In this document: piece by piece, positions 1 to 9,099 of the stretch
Position numbering within the stretch: position 1 is the first letter of the stretch
How the letters are laid out: the number at the start of each line of letters is the position of its first letter
Origin: Roseomonas sp.
GTDB taxonomy: Bacteria > Pseudomonadota > Alphaproteobacteria > Acetobacterales > Acetobacteraceae
DNA length: 64,000 nt
NCBI GenBank assembly: GCA_035556695.1
Contig: DATMFR010000060.1
Span: 84-64,083 of the forward strand
Direction of reading: 5' to 3'
Translations under genes and position numbers: made by a program
The notes under the pieces: generated by a model
Seen by the model: only the letters and a program-made list of their open reading frames with translations
What the model was told of the DNA's origin: nothing
The model's database searches: none

Positions 1-14
1 AGGAAGAATCCCCT

Positions 15-305
15 ATGCACAACGGAAGGCTGCTCGGGCCCCTCCTCCTTCTGGCCGGCGGCATCGCGCTGGCACTTCCGGAAACTTTGGAACAGCAGGC
101 GGGCCTGCCGCTGACCAGCGCGGAGATTGGCTATGGCAGCCAGGCACTGGCCACGCTTGGGCTGTTGCTGGCGCTGCAAGGCTGGCGCGCCGGCTTGATA
201 CGGGCATCCTTCTCTGGCTGGGCTGCATTGCGGCAGGCGACGGGCCGATCCGCCGGGATCGGGCCTGCCAAACGGATGAAAATCCGCATACGGTGCGCGC
301 GCTGA
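15..305 (+). CDS. hypothetical small membrane protein
   Basis: 96-aa ORF after an AGGA-like RBS; two hydrophobic stretches; no recognised motif. Confidence 0.4.
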   Translation: MHNGRLLGPLLLLAGGIALALPETLEQQAGLPLTSAEIGYGSQALATLGLLLALQGWRAGLIRASFSGWAALRQATGRSAGIGPAKRMKIRIRCAR

Positions 306-377
306 CGGAGCAGGACAGGAGAATTGCCGGAACGTCCTGCGATTGCTGCTCCTGCCTCCAGAATGGAAGGACAAGAA

Positions 378-602
378 ATGAGTGATCCCCTGAACGGCCG
401 CGAGATCTGGGTGGTCTGGGGCGGGATCTTCCGCGATACGAGCTTCGCGGAGTTGGAACCAGGCACTGAGGAGCTGCATGGCCCCTTCCACAGCATGGAA
501 GCCGCCGAGAAGGCTTGGCTGGAGCGCATGCGCCGGATGGTAGATATCGCCTCCCACCGCCTTTTCGTGCTGCGTGCCCTTCCGGCGCCGGGCAAGCCGT
601 GA
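378..602 (+). CDS. DUF4170-family protein
   Basis: ATG at 378 after GGAAGGA; WVVWGGIFRDTSFAELEPGTEELHGPF...AWLERMRRMVD resembles the DUF4170 pattern (GG.y.DTsF..l.pG.eE..GPF). Confidence 0.65.
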   Translation: MSDPLNGREIWVVWGGIFRDTSFAELEPGTEELHGPFHSMEAAEKAWLERMRRMVDIASHRLFVLRALPAPGKP

Positions 603-889
603 CCCCGGGCGGCGCCTTGGCCCTCCTGATGCCGGCCTGGGCGCCGCGCCTTTCAGCGGCCGGGCGCGCTGCCTGGACTTGGCGGCACCGTTGCCTTGCT
701 CTGGAGCAGACACTGAACGAGCTTACCGACCGGCTGGCGCGTACGGAGATTGCCCTGTGCCGCGAGGAGCAGGCCAGCCAGCAGGCTCAGCTCCGGCTGG
801 CCGAGGCGGAGGATGCGCTGATCAGGGTCCAGTCCACTTTGGATAGGTTCCGGCAGTCCCGGGCCGAGGCCTCGCAAACCACGCCCTGA
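599..889 (+). CDS. hypothetical coiled-coil protein
   Basis: GTGA overlap with upstream stop; heptad-rich LEQTLNELTDRLARTE...LAEAEDALIRVQ. Confidence 0.5.
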   Translation: MTPGGALALLMPAWAPRLSAAGRAAWTWRHRCLALEQTLNELTDRLARTEIALCREEQASQQAQLRLAEAEDALIRVQSTLDRFRQSRAEASQTTP

Positions 890-914
890 GCGGCGGAGCC
901 GCGGCGAGAGGCTG

Positions 915-1112
915 TTATTCGCGGAAAACGCGGGCGAAGCGCTCCGCCCTTTCAGCCGGCAGAAGAGCGCCATAACGCCCTTCCGCGCAGGGAGAAGCGC
1001 AGGCGGCCGGCTGTACGGGCACCCCGAGAGAAGCATAGCCAGCCAGCAGCAGAACACCGCCGGTGCTTCCAAGAACCAGCAGGGCAAACAGGGCGAGAAG
1101 GCGAAGGGGCAT
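915..1112 (-). CDS. hypothetical small membrane/secreted protein
   Basis: 65 aa with a long N-terminal hydrophobic segment; divergent from the 1353 ORF across an AT-rich spacer. Confidence 0.45.
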   Translation of the reverse strand: MPLRLLALFALLVLGSTGGVLLLAGYASLGVPVQPAACASPCAEGRYGALLPAERAERFARVFRE

Positions 1113-1352
1113 GGCAAAGGCCTCGCGTTCAGGCCTTCTGGCCGATGGACAAAAATAGTCTAATTTTTATTAATTTAATAATCAATCGTAAATTTTGATA
1201 CCAACGCGAAAAATGAGGCACGCTGAAGGGCGCTGAAATGGTGCAGGGCGGCTAACTTCCCCCCAGCAGCGCGGACCTCTCTTCATGCTGGAATCAACGC
1301 CCTTCCTGTTCCGCTTCCTCGCCGCTCCTCTCCGTCAAGGAGGCGCTGTGCG

Positions 1353-2057
1353 ATGAGCAAAGCCCAGACTCCCCGCTTCATTGCTCCCCATTTTGTCGAG
1401 ATCGAGGGCAGCTCGGATGTTCCCGGTCCGGTGCGCAGGGCCTGCGCCTTCACCACAGCCGCACCGGGCTGGCCGCGTGATGCAAGCGGCGCAACGCATC
1501 ACCATTTCTGTGTGCTGTTTTCTGAAACCGGGCGCTGGCATGAGACGGGCGCAGTCCAGTGGCGCACCGAGAGTCGCGCCCTCTCCTCCGGTGCCCTGCC
1601 CCGCATTGCTATCGGGCGGGCCCCCGACCTGATGCGTGGCATCGTGGCGGCGCTGGGCGCGGCTCATACACCGTTGCACCCGCGGGATGATGCAACGCTG
1701 CCGGCTGCCGTAGTGCTCTGCATCGCGCCAGCCTTTGTCGCCATGATACGCGAGAGGGGCTTGCCTGATGTCTGGGTCTGCAGTCACCTGAATGCGGCGG
1801 GGCCGGTCTCGGCGGAGCAGCCCTGGAGCCATCTGCAGACCGCCTTTATCCGGGCTTGGCCGGGTGGCAACGGTCCGGCTTTCCGGTGCGAGCTCGAGAC
1901 ATTGCCCTTTTCCGCGGTCATGTCAGGCACGGCGGGCGCCGGATCGGCAGAGCGCGAAACCACCTTCTGGTCGGCAGAAAGTCTGGAGGAGGCGATGCGC
2001 GGTTGCCTCGCCCGCATCTTTGCGCCGCGTGCAGCGGCAGTGAGGGGCAAGCTATAG
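1353..2057 (+). CDS. hypothetical protein
   Basis: 234-aa ORF with AGGAGG RBS; protein-like composition; no family recognised. Confidence 0.55.
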   Translation: MSKAQTPRFIAPHFVEIEGSSDVPGPVRRACAFTTAAPGWPRDASGATHHHFCVLFSETGRWHETGAVQWRTESRALSSGALPRIAIGRAPDLMRGIVAALGAAHTPLHPRDDATLPAAVVLCIAPAFVAMIRERGLPDVWVCSHLNAAGPVSAEQPWSHLQTAFIRAWPGGNGPAFRCELETLPFSAVMSGTAGAGSAERETTFWSAESLEEAMRGCLARIFAPRAAAVRGKL

Positions 2058-2102
2058 GAAATTAATCATAATCCGCTTATCTTTGCGAAACTTCCTGACT
2101 TT

Positions 2103-2840
2103 ATGGATGCACTGGATGTGCACATCCATGGATGTTCAGGAGGTGTTTTGCCCTTTCCCGCCTGTGCGGGGCTTCTGGCCCGCGGACTGGTTCCTGTTCT
2201 ACTGCTCTGGCTTGGCAACAGCCAGGCACGAGCTTCCCCCGAGAATGACTGCCTGCAGGCCACCTTGCTGACTGAGCGACAGGCAGGCCTGCCCCGTGGC
2301 CTGCTGCTGGGCATCGCCCTGGTCGAGAGCGGGCATGACGGGCGGCCACATGCGGCCGCGCTGCGGGGCCGGGATGGCAGCAGCCACTGGGGCAGCGAGG
2401 CCTGGCGTCAGGTCCGCCGGGGCGGCCTGAAGCATGCGCATCTCGGCTGTATGCAGCTTTCCGTCCTCTGGCATGGCGACCAGTTCCCAGACCAAGCCGC
2501 CATGCTCGATCCAGCGCGCAACGTCGCCTATGCGGCGGCCTACTTGCAGAAATTGCGTGGCCGCAAAGGATCGTGGCGCAAGGCGGTGTTGCACTACCAC
2601 GGCGGCAAGACGGCTGCATCGGCGGCCTATTTGTGCCGCGTCCATGCAGCACTGGTGGCGCTTGAGGCCCCGGCCGCCCCGCTGCTCCGGCGCCGCCGCT
2701 GCGCCGAGCTGCCAGTGGTGGATGGTGCGCTGCGCCTGCGGTTCCGGATGAGCCTCTCCGGTGCGGAGGCCGGGCGCCATCGTTCCGGCACGCCGCGCAC
2801 CGGAGAAGTGGAGGCTTTACGGCGCGTTCCTAAGCCATAA
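2103..2840 (+). CDS. lytic transglycosylase (SLT domain)
   Basis: LLLGIALVESG (catalytic Glu), LGCMQL, MLDPARNVAYAAAYL, WRKAVLHYH motifs; start uncertain. Confidence 0.8.
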   Translation: MDALDVHIHGCSGGVLPFPACAGLLARGLVPVLLLWLGNSQARASPENDCLQATLLTERQAGLPRGLLLGIALVESGHDGRPHAAALRGRDGSSHWGSEAWRQVRRGGLKHAHLGCMQLSVLWHGDQFPDQAAMLDPARNVAYAAAYLQKLRGRKGSWRKAVLHYHGGKTAASAAYLCRVHAALVALEAPAAPLLRRRRCAELPVVDGALRLRFRMSLSGAEAGRHRSGTPRTGEVEALRRVPKP

Positions 2841-2841
2841 A

Positions 2842-2873
2842 GTCAACTGTCAACTAATAAAGTTGACGTTGAC
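2842..2873. promoter_or_regulatory. inverted-repeat operator upstream of parA
   Basis: GTCAAC-T-GTCAACT-AATAA-AGTTGAC-GTTGAC: two GTCAAC units per arm; includes TTGAC -35-like sequences. Confidence 0.55.
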
Positions 2874-2900
2874 GGAAATGACTGAAGGCGGCAGCTTGTT

Positions 2901-2926
2901 CCTGTGTTCTGACGTCAGAACACAGG
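2901..2926. other. perfect palindrome, candidate parS copy 1
   Basis: CCTGTGTTCTGACGTCAGAACACAGG (26 bp) just upstream of parA. Confidence 0.6.
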
Positions 2927-2947
2927 GGGATCACGGGGGTGAGCCAC

Positions 2948-3970
2948 ATGGATGGTGAAGCGCTGCGCCTGCTGCGGCAGCAGCTCAGGCAGAGCCAGTC
3001 GGAACTGAAAGAGGCTCTGAACCAAGCCTTGGGGCGATCCTACGATAAGCCGCGCATCTCCCGCTGGGAGAACGGCCGCGAGCCGATCCCGGAGGAGGTG
3101 GCGCGCGCCGTGCAGGCCATGGCCAGCGGCCAGCCGCGCCATGCCCGCATCCTGGTGCTGGCCAACCAGAAGGGCGGCGTCGGCAAGACCACCTCCGCCC
3201 TCAACCTGGCCTGCGGCCTGGCGCGCCAGGGCCGGCGGGTGCTGCTGGCCGATCTCGATCCGCAGGCCACCGCCTCGGTCGCGCTGATGGCCGGCAACAC
3301 CGTCGAGGCCTATCGCCAGGGTCGTACCATGGCGCAGGTGATCCTGCGCGATCTGCCCCTGGAACAGGCTATTTTCAGCCATGCCGACCCGTTGCTGGTT
3401 GGCCGTGGCGGCTTCGACCTGGTGCCAAGCCATATTGACCTCGCCGAGACCGATGGGCGGCGCGAGCCGGGCTTCGACGTGGCACTGCGCGAGGCGCTGG
3501 AGGCTGTCCGTGACCGCTATGACGTCATCGTGCTGGATGCTCCGCCCAATCTCGGCATGCTGACGGTGATGGGCCTCGCCGCGGCGGATGAGGTGATCAT
3601 CCCCGTGCGTACGGAGCCCTATGACAGCATGGGCGTTGGGCTGATCCTGGCCACCATTGGCAAGGTGCAGCGGCGGCTCAACCCGGCGCTGCGCCTGGGC
3701 GGCATCCTGCCCACCCAGTTCGGCCCTCGGAAGTCGGTGGACCGCGAGGTGCTGGAGCAACTGGTCAGCGTGATGGCCGGCAAGGCGCCGGTGCTGGAGC
3801 CGGTGCCGGCCAGCGCCGTCTTCGGGCATGCCGCGCGCAATGGTCGCATTGCGCTGGAGGCATCGCCCAGCACGGCTGCCGTGGCGGTCTACGGACGGCT
3901 GGCGGCGGCGCTGGCGGCGGGCGAGCCGTTGCCGCAGGCGGAACTGCTCATGCCCGCCGAGGAGGGCTGA
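2948..3970 (+). CDS. parA: ParA-family partition ATPase with N-terminal XRE-type HTH
   Basis: deviant Walker A KGGVGKTT, DLDPQ, LDAPPNLG; N-terminus LRQSQSELKEALN...ISRWENGREPIP is XRE-HTH-like; alternative GTG start at 2939. Confidence 0.92.
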   Translation: MDGEALRLLRQQLRQSQSELKEALNQALGRSYDKPRISRWENGREPIPEEVARAVQAMASGQPRHARILVLANQKGGVGKTTSALNLACGLARQGRRVLLADLDPQATASVALMAGNTVEAYRQGRTMAQVILRDLPLEQAIFSHADPLLVGRGGFDLVPSHIDLAETDGRREPGFDVALREALEAVRDRYDVIVLDAPPNLGMLTVMGLAAADEVIIPVRTEPYDSMGVGLILATIGKVQRRLNPALRLGGILPTQFGPRKSVDREVLEQLVSVMAGKAPVLEPVPASAVFGHAARNGRIALEASPSTAAVAVYGRLAAALAAGEPLPQAELLMPAEEG

Positions 3971-3973
3971 GCC

Positions 3974-4810
3974 ATGCCGCCCTCCCGCAAGCCCGCCTCG
4001 CCCGTGCTGGGCGCCGCCATCTCGGCCATCGGAGCCGCCAGCGACGGGCTGGTGCCGGGCGACAGCCGCTTCCGCCACTCCTTCGAGGCGCCGCTGGCGC
4101 GCATCCGTCCCGATCCCGGCCAACCGCGCAAGCGCTTCGAGCCGGCCGAGATCGCCGCCCTGGCAGCCACCATGGCCGCCGAGGGGCAGTTGCAGCCGGT
4201 GCTGCTGCGGCGCGACCCGGAACAGCGCGGCGGCTGGATCCTGGTTGCCGGCGAGCGTCGCTGGCGCGCCGCAAGGCACAATGGATGGACCAGCCTGCTG
4301 GCCATCGAGCACGCCGGAGATGCGGCGCTCGCGGCCCTGCTGGAGAACCTGCAGCGCGTGGACCTGACCCCCGCCGAGGAGGCGCGCGGCCTGCAACGCC
4401 TGCTGGCGGAGCGGGGCATGAGCCAGGCGGCCGCCGCCACCCTGCTGGGCCGCAGCCCGGCCGAGATCAGCGCCACGTTGCGGCTGCTGACCCTGCCGGA
4501 GGATTTCCTGGACCGGGCGGGCAATCTGCCGCGCAACCTGCTGGTGGAACTGGCGCGGCTGGAGCCGGGCCCCTTGCGTGACCGGATGCTGCGCCAGGCG
4601 GAGTCGGGCAGCCTGACCGTGCGTGCGCTGCGGGCGGCGCGTGCCGCGCCGGCTCCCGCGCCGAAGCCGCCATCCTCCCTCGGCGTCACGCTGAAGGGTT
4701 TGGCGGCGAAGCTGGAGCGCCGGAAAGCAGAGGGGCGGCCCCTGGCAGAAGAGGAGCGCGCGCATCTCACCGCGCTGCGGCAGCGGATCAACGCGCTGCT
4801 CGACTTCTGA
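3974..4810 (+). CDS. parB: ParB/RepB/Spo0J-family partition protein
   Basis: IRPDPGQPRKRF, GQLQPVLL, GERRWRAA, ENLQRVDL, HTH SQAAAATLLGRS; follows parA by 3 bp. Confidence 0.92.
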   Translation: MPPSRKPASPVLGAAISAIGAASDGLVPGDSRFRHSFEAPLARIRPDPGQPRKRFEPAEIAALAATMAAEGQLQPVLLRRDPEQRGGWILVAGERRWRAARHNGWTSLLAIEHAGDAALAALLENLQRVDLTPAEEARGLQRLLAERGMSQAAAATLLGRSPAEISATLRLLTLPEDFLDRAGNLPRNLLVELARLEPGPLRDRMLRQAESGSLTVRALRAARAAPAPAPKPPSSLGVTLKGLAAKLERRKAEGRPLAEEERAHLTALRQRINALLDF

Positions 4811-4820
4811 CGTCAGAAGT
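4803..4820. other. perfect palindrome, candidate parS copy 2
   Basis: ACTTCTGACGTCAGAAGT overlapping the parB stop codon. Confidence 0.6.
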
Positions 4821-4922
4821 TCCGAGGTCCCAACCTGGGGCCGAAGGGAACACTGCCCCCCTTGGAAACCCTATCGGGATGGCCACGGCCACCCCGAACT
4901 GCGCGGCAAGGACGGGGGATCG

Positions 4923-4942
4923 AAGTTCTGACGTCAGAACTT
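4923..4942. other. perfect palindrome, candidate parS copy 3
   Basis: AAGTTCTGACGTCAGAACTT, 120 bp after copy 2. Confidence 0.6.
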
Positions 4943-5151
4943 TGGCCTACCCCTGGAGCCCTCTCCTTGTTTGCCCGTTTTCGGGTCTGCCTCCGGCGAT
5001 GGCTTTCCATCACTGTGCTGACGGTAGCAGTCGCGGGGCGGCTTCCACCCCGGCCTACTTGCGCTCCGCCAGCGCGGCAGAACTGGCAGGAAAGAGAAGA
5101 TGGGGTCTGGGGGAGAATGAACTCTCCTTCGGTTCTGCTTCTGGCCAGTGT

Positions 5152-6552
5152 CTAAGGATACGTCCCCTGCACTGCCGCCGGGGAAGTGCCTCCGGCTGCC
5201 GCGTGCAGGTTGCGGATATTCTCCTGCACGGCCTGCAACAGCTTCGTGGTGCGGCTGGCGAAAGCAGGAGGAAGGATCTGCTGCGGCATGGTTGCCGCCT
5301 CTTGCAGCAACCGTGCCGCCTCGGCCTCCACCGTGCCAAGCTGCTCCAACGTTGCGCGCATTGTCGGAGGTAGCGGCTGCGTCCCGTCCAGTCGCTGCTG
5401 GATTGAATGCAGACTATGGGTCAGCTCCGCCATCGCCGTCACCTGTTGCCGCAGGGTGTTCAACTCCTCACGCAAAGGCGCGGTCTCCGCCTCACGGCTG
5501 CCGGTAATGCTGATCATCGCCTGCAGCCGCACCGCATGTGTCTCCAGCGCGGCGAGACCTCCGGTGAAGCGGTCCGTCGTCTCGGTCAGGTAGCGGGCAG
5601 CATCGCCAAGTGTCGCCTCGTTGCGGAGCACGCGCTCGACATGATTTCCTAGACTGCGCACCAGCTCCTCCAGCCGCTCGGCTGGCGCCGTGCTGTTCTG
5701 GGCCGGGCTGTCGCCCAGGCGACCCATCGCCTCTTCGAGCAATCCTTCCATCACAGACGATTGCAACTGCACCGCTTTGCTCTGCTCACCCAGCGCCTGC
5801 GCGGCGGCGGACAGTGAGCGGGTGCTGTCCGGCAGATGATCCAGCGCCCGGGCGGCCACCTCCAACCGCTCTGCGCCCGCAGCCATCCGGACCGCCGCAG
5901 CGGGAAGGGCCTGCAGCATGCCCTCGGCCGCCGCCACGGCCACCGCACTCCGCTGAAGGTGTTGGCTGCTCTCCTCCATCCGGTGCGCGAGGGCGGGCAG
6001 GGTCAGCAGCTTGTCGCCGATGCTCTCGGCTTGCCGCGCACAGGCTTCGAGGCGCGTAAGCATCGCTTCGGACCTTGGGCTCTCCAGCCGCCCCGGCAAG
6101 GCTATGGAAGCGACGCCGGAGACAGCATGCTCCAGCGTCTGGCGGAACTGCTTTTCGACATCATGCGCAAGTCCTGAAAGCTGTGCGGCGGTAGCCACAG
6201 CACGGCTCGCCGCCGCAGCGGCCTCATGCACCTGCCATTGTTGCTCCTCCAGCAACTGGCGCAGCCCGGTGATCAGTTCTCGCGCCTCCGCGTTGTCTGA
6301 AGCCGGATCCTCGGCGGCGCCGCACAGCAGGGCACGCAGTGTGTGCAGGCCGCTGCCGAGCGCGAGCAGGGCGGCCGCCGCCATGGCAGCCAGCGCAACC
6401 TCGCCATTCCAGGCCGAAGCCGCGGCCTCTGCCCCTCCAGTCTGCGGCAGCCACAGCAGGACCGCGCCGGATGTCAGCAGTGCCAAGGCCAGTTTCCACG
6501 GCCAGCCCATGAGGGTGACCAGTTCTCCCCAGCGGAGATCTTCCTGTCTCAT
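5152..6552 (-). CDS. membrane-anchored long coiled-coil hypothetical protein
   Basis: start MRQEDLRWGE after AGGAGG; two hydrophobic segments followed by long Ala/Leu/Glu-rich helical sequence with L..LP repeats. Confidence 0.6.
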   Translation of the reverse strand: MRQEDLRWGELVTLMGWPWKLALALLTSGAVLLWLPQTGGAEAAASAWNGEVALAAMAAAALLALGSGLHTLRALLCGAAEDPASDNAEARELITGLRQLLEEQQWQVHEAAAAASRAVATAAQLSGLAHDVEKQFRQTLEHAVSGVASIALPGRLESPRSEAMLTRLEACARQAESIGDKLLTLPALAHRMEESSQHLQRSAVAVAAAEGMLQALPAAAVRMAAGAERLEVAARALDHLPDSTRSLSAAAQALGEQSKAVQLQSSVMEGLLEEAMGRLGDSPAQNSTAPAERLEELVRSLGNHVERVLRNEATLGDAARYLTETTDRFTGGLAALETHAVRLQAMISITGSREAETAPLREELNTLRQQVTAMAELTHSLHSIQQRLDGTQPLPPTMRATLEQLGTVEAEAARLLQEAATMPQQILPPAFASRTTKLLQAVQENIRNLHAAAGGTSPAAVQGTYP

Positions 6553-6726
6553 CGTTCCGGCCTCCTGCCGGGATAAAGGTTCCTGGTCGCTGCGCCAGAT
6601 CAGGGGGTACTGCCCGCCTCGAACGCTGCCCGCTTGCTGGCAGCGCCGCCTCGGGAAACCGCCAGGGAGATGCAGGCGAACCAAGCCTAGCCTTCTGCCA
6701 GGTTATGCGAAATTCGGCATGAATAA

Positions 6727-6736
6727 TGCGAAAAAT
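6727..6736 (+). promoter_or_regulatory. TGCGAAAAAT motif upstream of epimerase
   Basis: exact copy, with variant TGCGAAAT at 6706 (21 bp earlier). Confidence 0.5.
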
Positions 6737-6948
6737 TACTATAAAGGCAAGCGGAATGCCGGCGGGGCGACGACTTGTGCTTTCAGGCGGTCATAGGCCG
6801 ATCGCGCTACCTCGGCAGCACAGGACCGCCTTCAGATTGGCCGATGCGGCGAGGCGGCGTAGAAGCAGGGTGCGGGACGGGCCGGACGCTTCCGCGGGGA
6901 AGACGGCTTTCGCGCCGGCGGCATCGGGAAGAAGCAGGAGAGGACGGA

Positions 6949-7956
6949 ATGGAGCGCATTCTCGTCACCGGCGCGGCGGGCTTTGTCGGCCATGCGGTCT
7001 GCGCACAGTTGTTGCGGGACGGGTTCACCGTGCTCGGCCTCGACAACCTCACGCCCTACTACGATGTCCGGCTGAAGCAGGCGCGGCTGCAGAAGCTTGA
7101 GGACCACCCGGGATTCTCCTTCCGCCACCTCGACCTGGCCGATGCGGCGACAACCCGGGAGGCTTTCGGGACCTTCCAGCCGGAGGCGGTGGTGCATCTC
7201 GCGGCGCAGGCGGGGGTGCGCTACTCGCTCGACAATCCGGCCGCCTACACCTCCGCCAATGTCGACGGCTTCCTGTCCGTGCTGGAGGCCTGCCGTGCCC
7301 ATCCGGTGCGGCACCTGGTCTATGCCTCCTCCTCCTCCGTCTATGGCGCCAACACCAAGGTTCCCTTCTCGGAGAAGGACCCGGTGGACCGGCCGGTCTC
7401 GCTTTATGCCGCGACCAAGCGGGCCAATGAGCTGATGGCGCAGACCTATGGCCACCTGTTCCGCATCCCCGCCTCGGGGTTGCGCTTCTTCACGGTCTAT
7501 GGGCCATGGGGCCGGCCGGACATGGCCTATTACAAGTTCACCGACGCGATCTTCGCTGGCCGGCCCATCGATCTCTACAATCACGGCCGCATGGCGCGCG
7601 ACTTCACCTATATCGACGAGGTGGTGGAGGCGATCCGCCGGCTCACCCTGCAGCCGCCCGCTGACCGCGTCGCCGGCGAGGAGCCGGGCCGCATCGATCC
7701 CGGTGTGCCGCACCGTGTCTTCAACATCGGCAATCACACGCCGGTGGAACTGGAGCGCTTCGTTGACGTGCTGGAGGCGGCGATCGGCCGCAGGGCAGAG
7801 CGCCGCCTGCGGCCGATGCAGCCCGGCGACGTGGAGCGGACCTATGCCGATGTGGAGGCGCTGCGCCAGGCCGTGGACTTCGCGCCGCGCACCTCGATCG
7901 AGGAGGGGTTGGCGCGCTTCGTCGCCTGGTACCGCACCTACCACCAGCCCGCCTAG
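6949..7956 (+). CDS. NAD-dependent epimerase (UDP-glucuronate 4-epimerase-like)
   Basis: ILVTGAAGFVG, HLAAQAGVRYS, YASSSSVYG, YAATK (YxxxK), RFFTVYGPWGRPDMA, RDFTYID. Confidence 0.9.
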   Translation: MERILVTGAAGFVGHAVCAQLLRDGFTVLGLDNLTPYYDVRLKQARLQKLEDHPGFSFRHLDLADAATTREAFGTFQPEAVVHLAAQAGVRYSLDNPAAYTSANVDGFLSVLEACRAHPVRHLVYASSSSVYGANTKVPFSEKDPVDRPVSLYAATKRANELMAQTYGHLFRIPASGLRFFTVYGPWGRPDMAYYKFTDAIFAGRPIDLYNHGRMARDFTYIDEVVEAIRRLTLQPPADRVAGEEPGRIDPGVPHRVFNIGNHTPVELERFVDVLEAAIGRRAERRLRPMQPGDVERTYADVEALRQAVDFAPRTSIEEGLARFVAWYRTYHQPA

Positions 7957-7958
7957 GG

Positions 7959-8032
7959 AATGGCGGGGTCCGGGGGGATACTATCCCCCCGGCTGGCCCC
8001 CCGGTGGGGTCTCAGGGGCGGAGCCCCTGGCC
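7959..8032 (+). repeat. REP-like double-hairpin element, family A copy 1
   Basis: AATGGCGGGGTCCGGGG..CCCCGG..GGGGTC(T)CAGGGG..CCCCTGGCC; related copy inverted at 29854-29923. Confidence 0.6.
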
Positions 8033-9099
8033 GTGTCCCAGATCGTGCGGGTCGGGTTGTTGCGCCAGAGATCGGCCGGCCGGAGATAGCCGAGCGCCAC
8101 TTCGGCGGAGCGGTGCCGGGTCTGGCGCATGACCTGGGCGAGGTCGGCGCCGGCCTCGCCGGCCGCGGTCGCCAGCCCGGCCCGCAGGGAATGGCCGGAG
8201 AAGCGTTCCGGTTCCGGCAGCCCGGAGGCTCGGGCGGCGTCCTTCACCAGCCGCCACACCGCCTTGTCCGAGAGCTGGTTGGCGCTGAGCCGGCCGGCCT
8301 TGCTCATCCCGACGAAGAGCGGCCGCTCGGCATCCGAGGCGGCGCCGGCGAGGTCGCCAGCCTGCCGCCGGAAATGCAGCCAGGCTTCCAGCGCCGCCAG
8401 GGGGCAGAAGGCCGGCTCGGCCGGATTGGCCCAGACCGCGACCTCCTGCCCGGCGCCGCGCGGGTCGGTCTTGGAGCGGCGGATCAGCAGCCGCAGGCCG
8501 CGCCCGGGGACCATTTCTACATCCCCGAGCGCCAGGCCGGCCAGTTCGCTCCGGCGCAGCGCCGCGCCGAAGCCGAGCAGCAGCAGCGCGCGGTCCCGCG
8601 CGCCGAGGGGGGTATCGGCGGCACGGCGGGTCGCCAGCATCAGGCGGAGCACATCGGGTCCGGCGGCGGCGGCCCGGCGGCGTGGCCGGGTTCCCTTGCT
8701 GCGGGCGATGCCTTCCAGAACCATTGCCAGCCGCGCATCGCGCAGATCGAGGGCGATGCCGGCCAGCCGGTGAGCGGCCTGGATGGCGGCGAGATGGACG
8801 CGCAGGGTGGCGAGGCTGAGGCCTCGGTCGGCGCAATGCACGGCGTAGAGGGCCAGGGTATCGGGGTCGCCGCCCAGGGGCGCGCGGCCGAGCGCCTCGC
8901 ACCAGGCCTCATAGGTCTTCCAGGCCGAGCGATAGGCCCGGCGGGTGCCCTCGCCACGGGCGCGGGTGGCATAGACGGCGGCACGGGCGGAGAGCGCCTG
9001 CAGTTCCGCCGCCCGTGCGGCGCCGCCGGGGATGGTGAGCTCGCCCAGCAGGCTGGTGTGGAGGGTCAGGGAATTCCCGGGCTGCGGCTCTTGGGACAT
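7981..9099 (-). CDS. Cre-like tyrosine recombinase / site-specific integrase
   Basis: intact catalytic set: ALRRSEL (R), RSKTD (K), GHSLRAG (HxxR), TRHRS (H), ALGY (Y); N-terminal TRRAYRSAWKTYEAWC core-binding domain; frame stays open up to 9366. Confidence 0.9.
   Translation of the reverse strand: MSQEPQPGNSLTLHTSLLGELTIPGGAARAAELQALSARAAVYATRARGEGTRRAYRSAWKTYEAWCEALGRAPLGGDPDTLALYAVHCADRGLSLATLRVHLAAIQAAHRLAGIALDLRDARLAMVLEGIARSKGTRPRRRAAAAGPDVLRLMLATRRAADTPLGARDRALLLLGFGAALRRSELAGLALGDVEMVPGRGLRLLIRRSKTDPRGAGQEVAVWANPAEPAFCPLAALEAWLHFRRQAGDLAGAASDAERPLFVGMSKAGRLSANQLSDKAVWRLVKDAARASGLPEPERFSGHSLRAGLATAAGEAGADLAQVMRQTRHRSAEVALGYLRPADLWRNNPTRTIWDTARGSAPETPPGGQPGG

Noticed and set aside
3519-3528. 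ATGACGTCAT palindrome inside parA
   Set aside because: Shares only the TGACGTCA core; lacks the TTC/GAA flanks of the four parS-like sites
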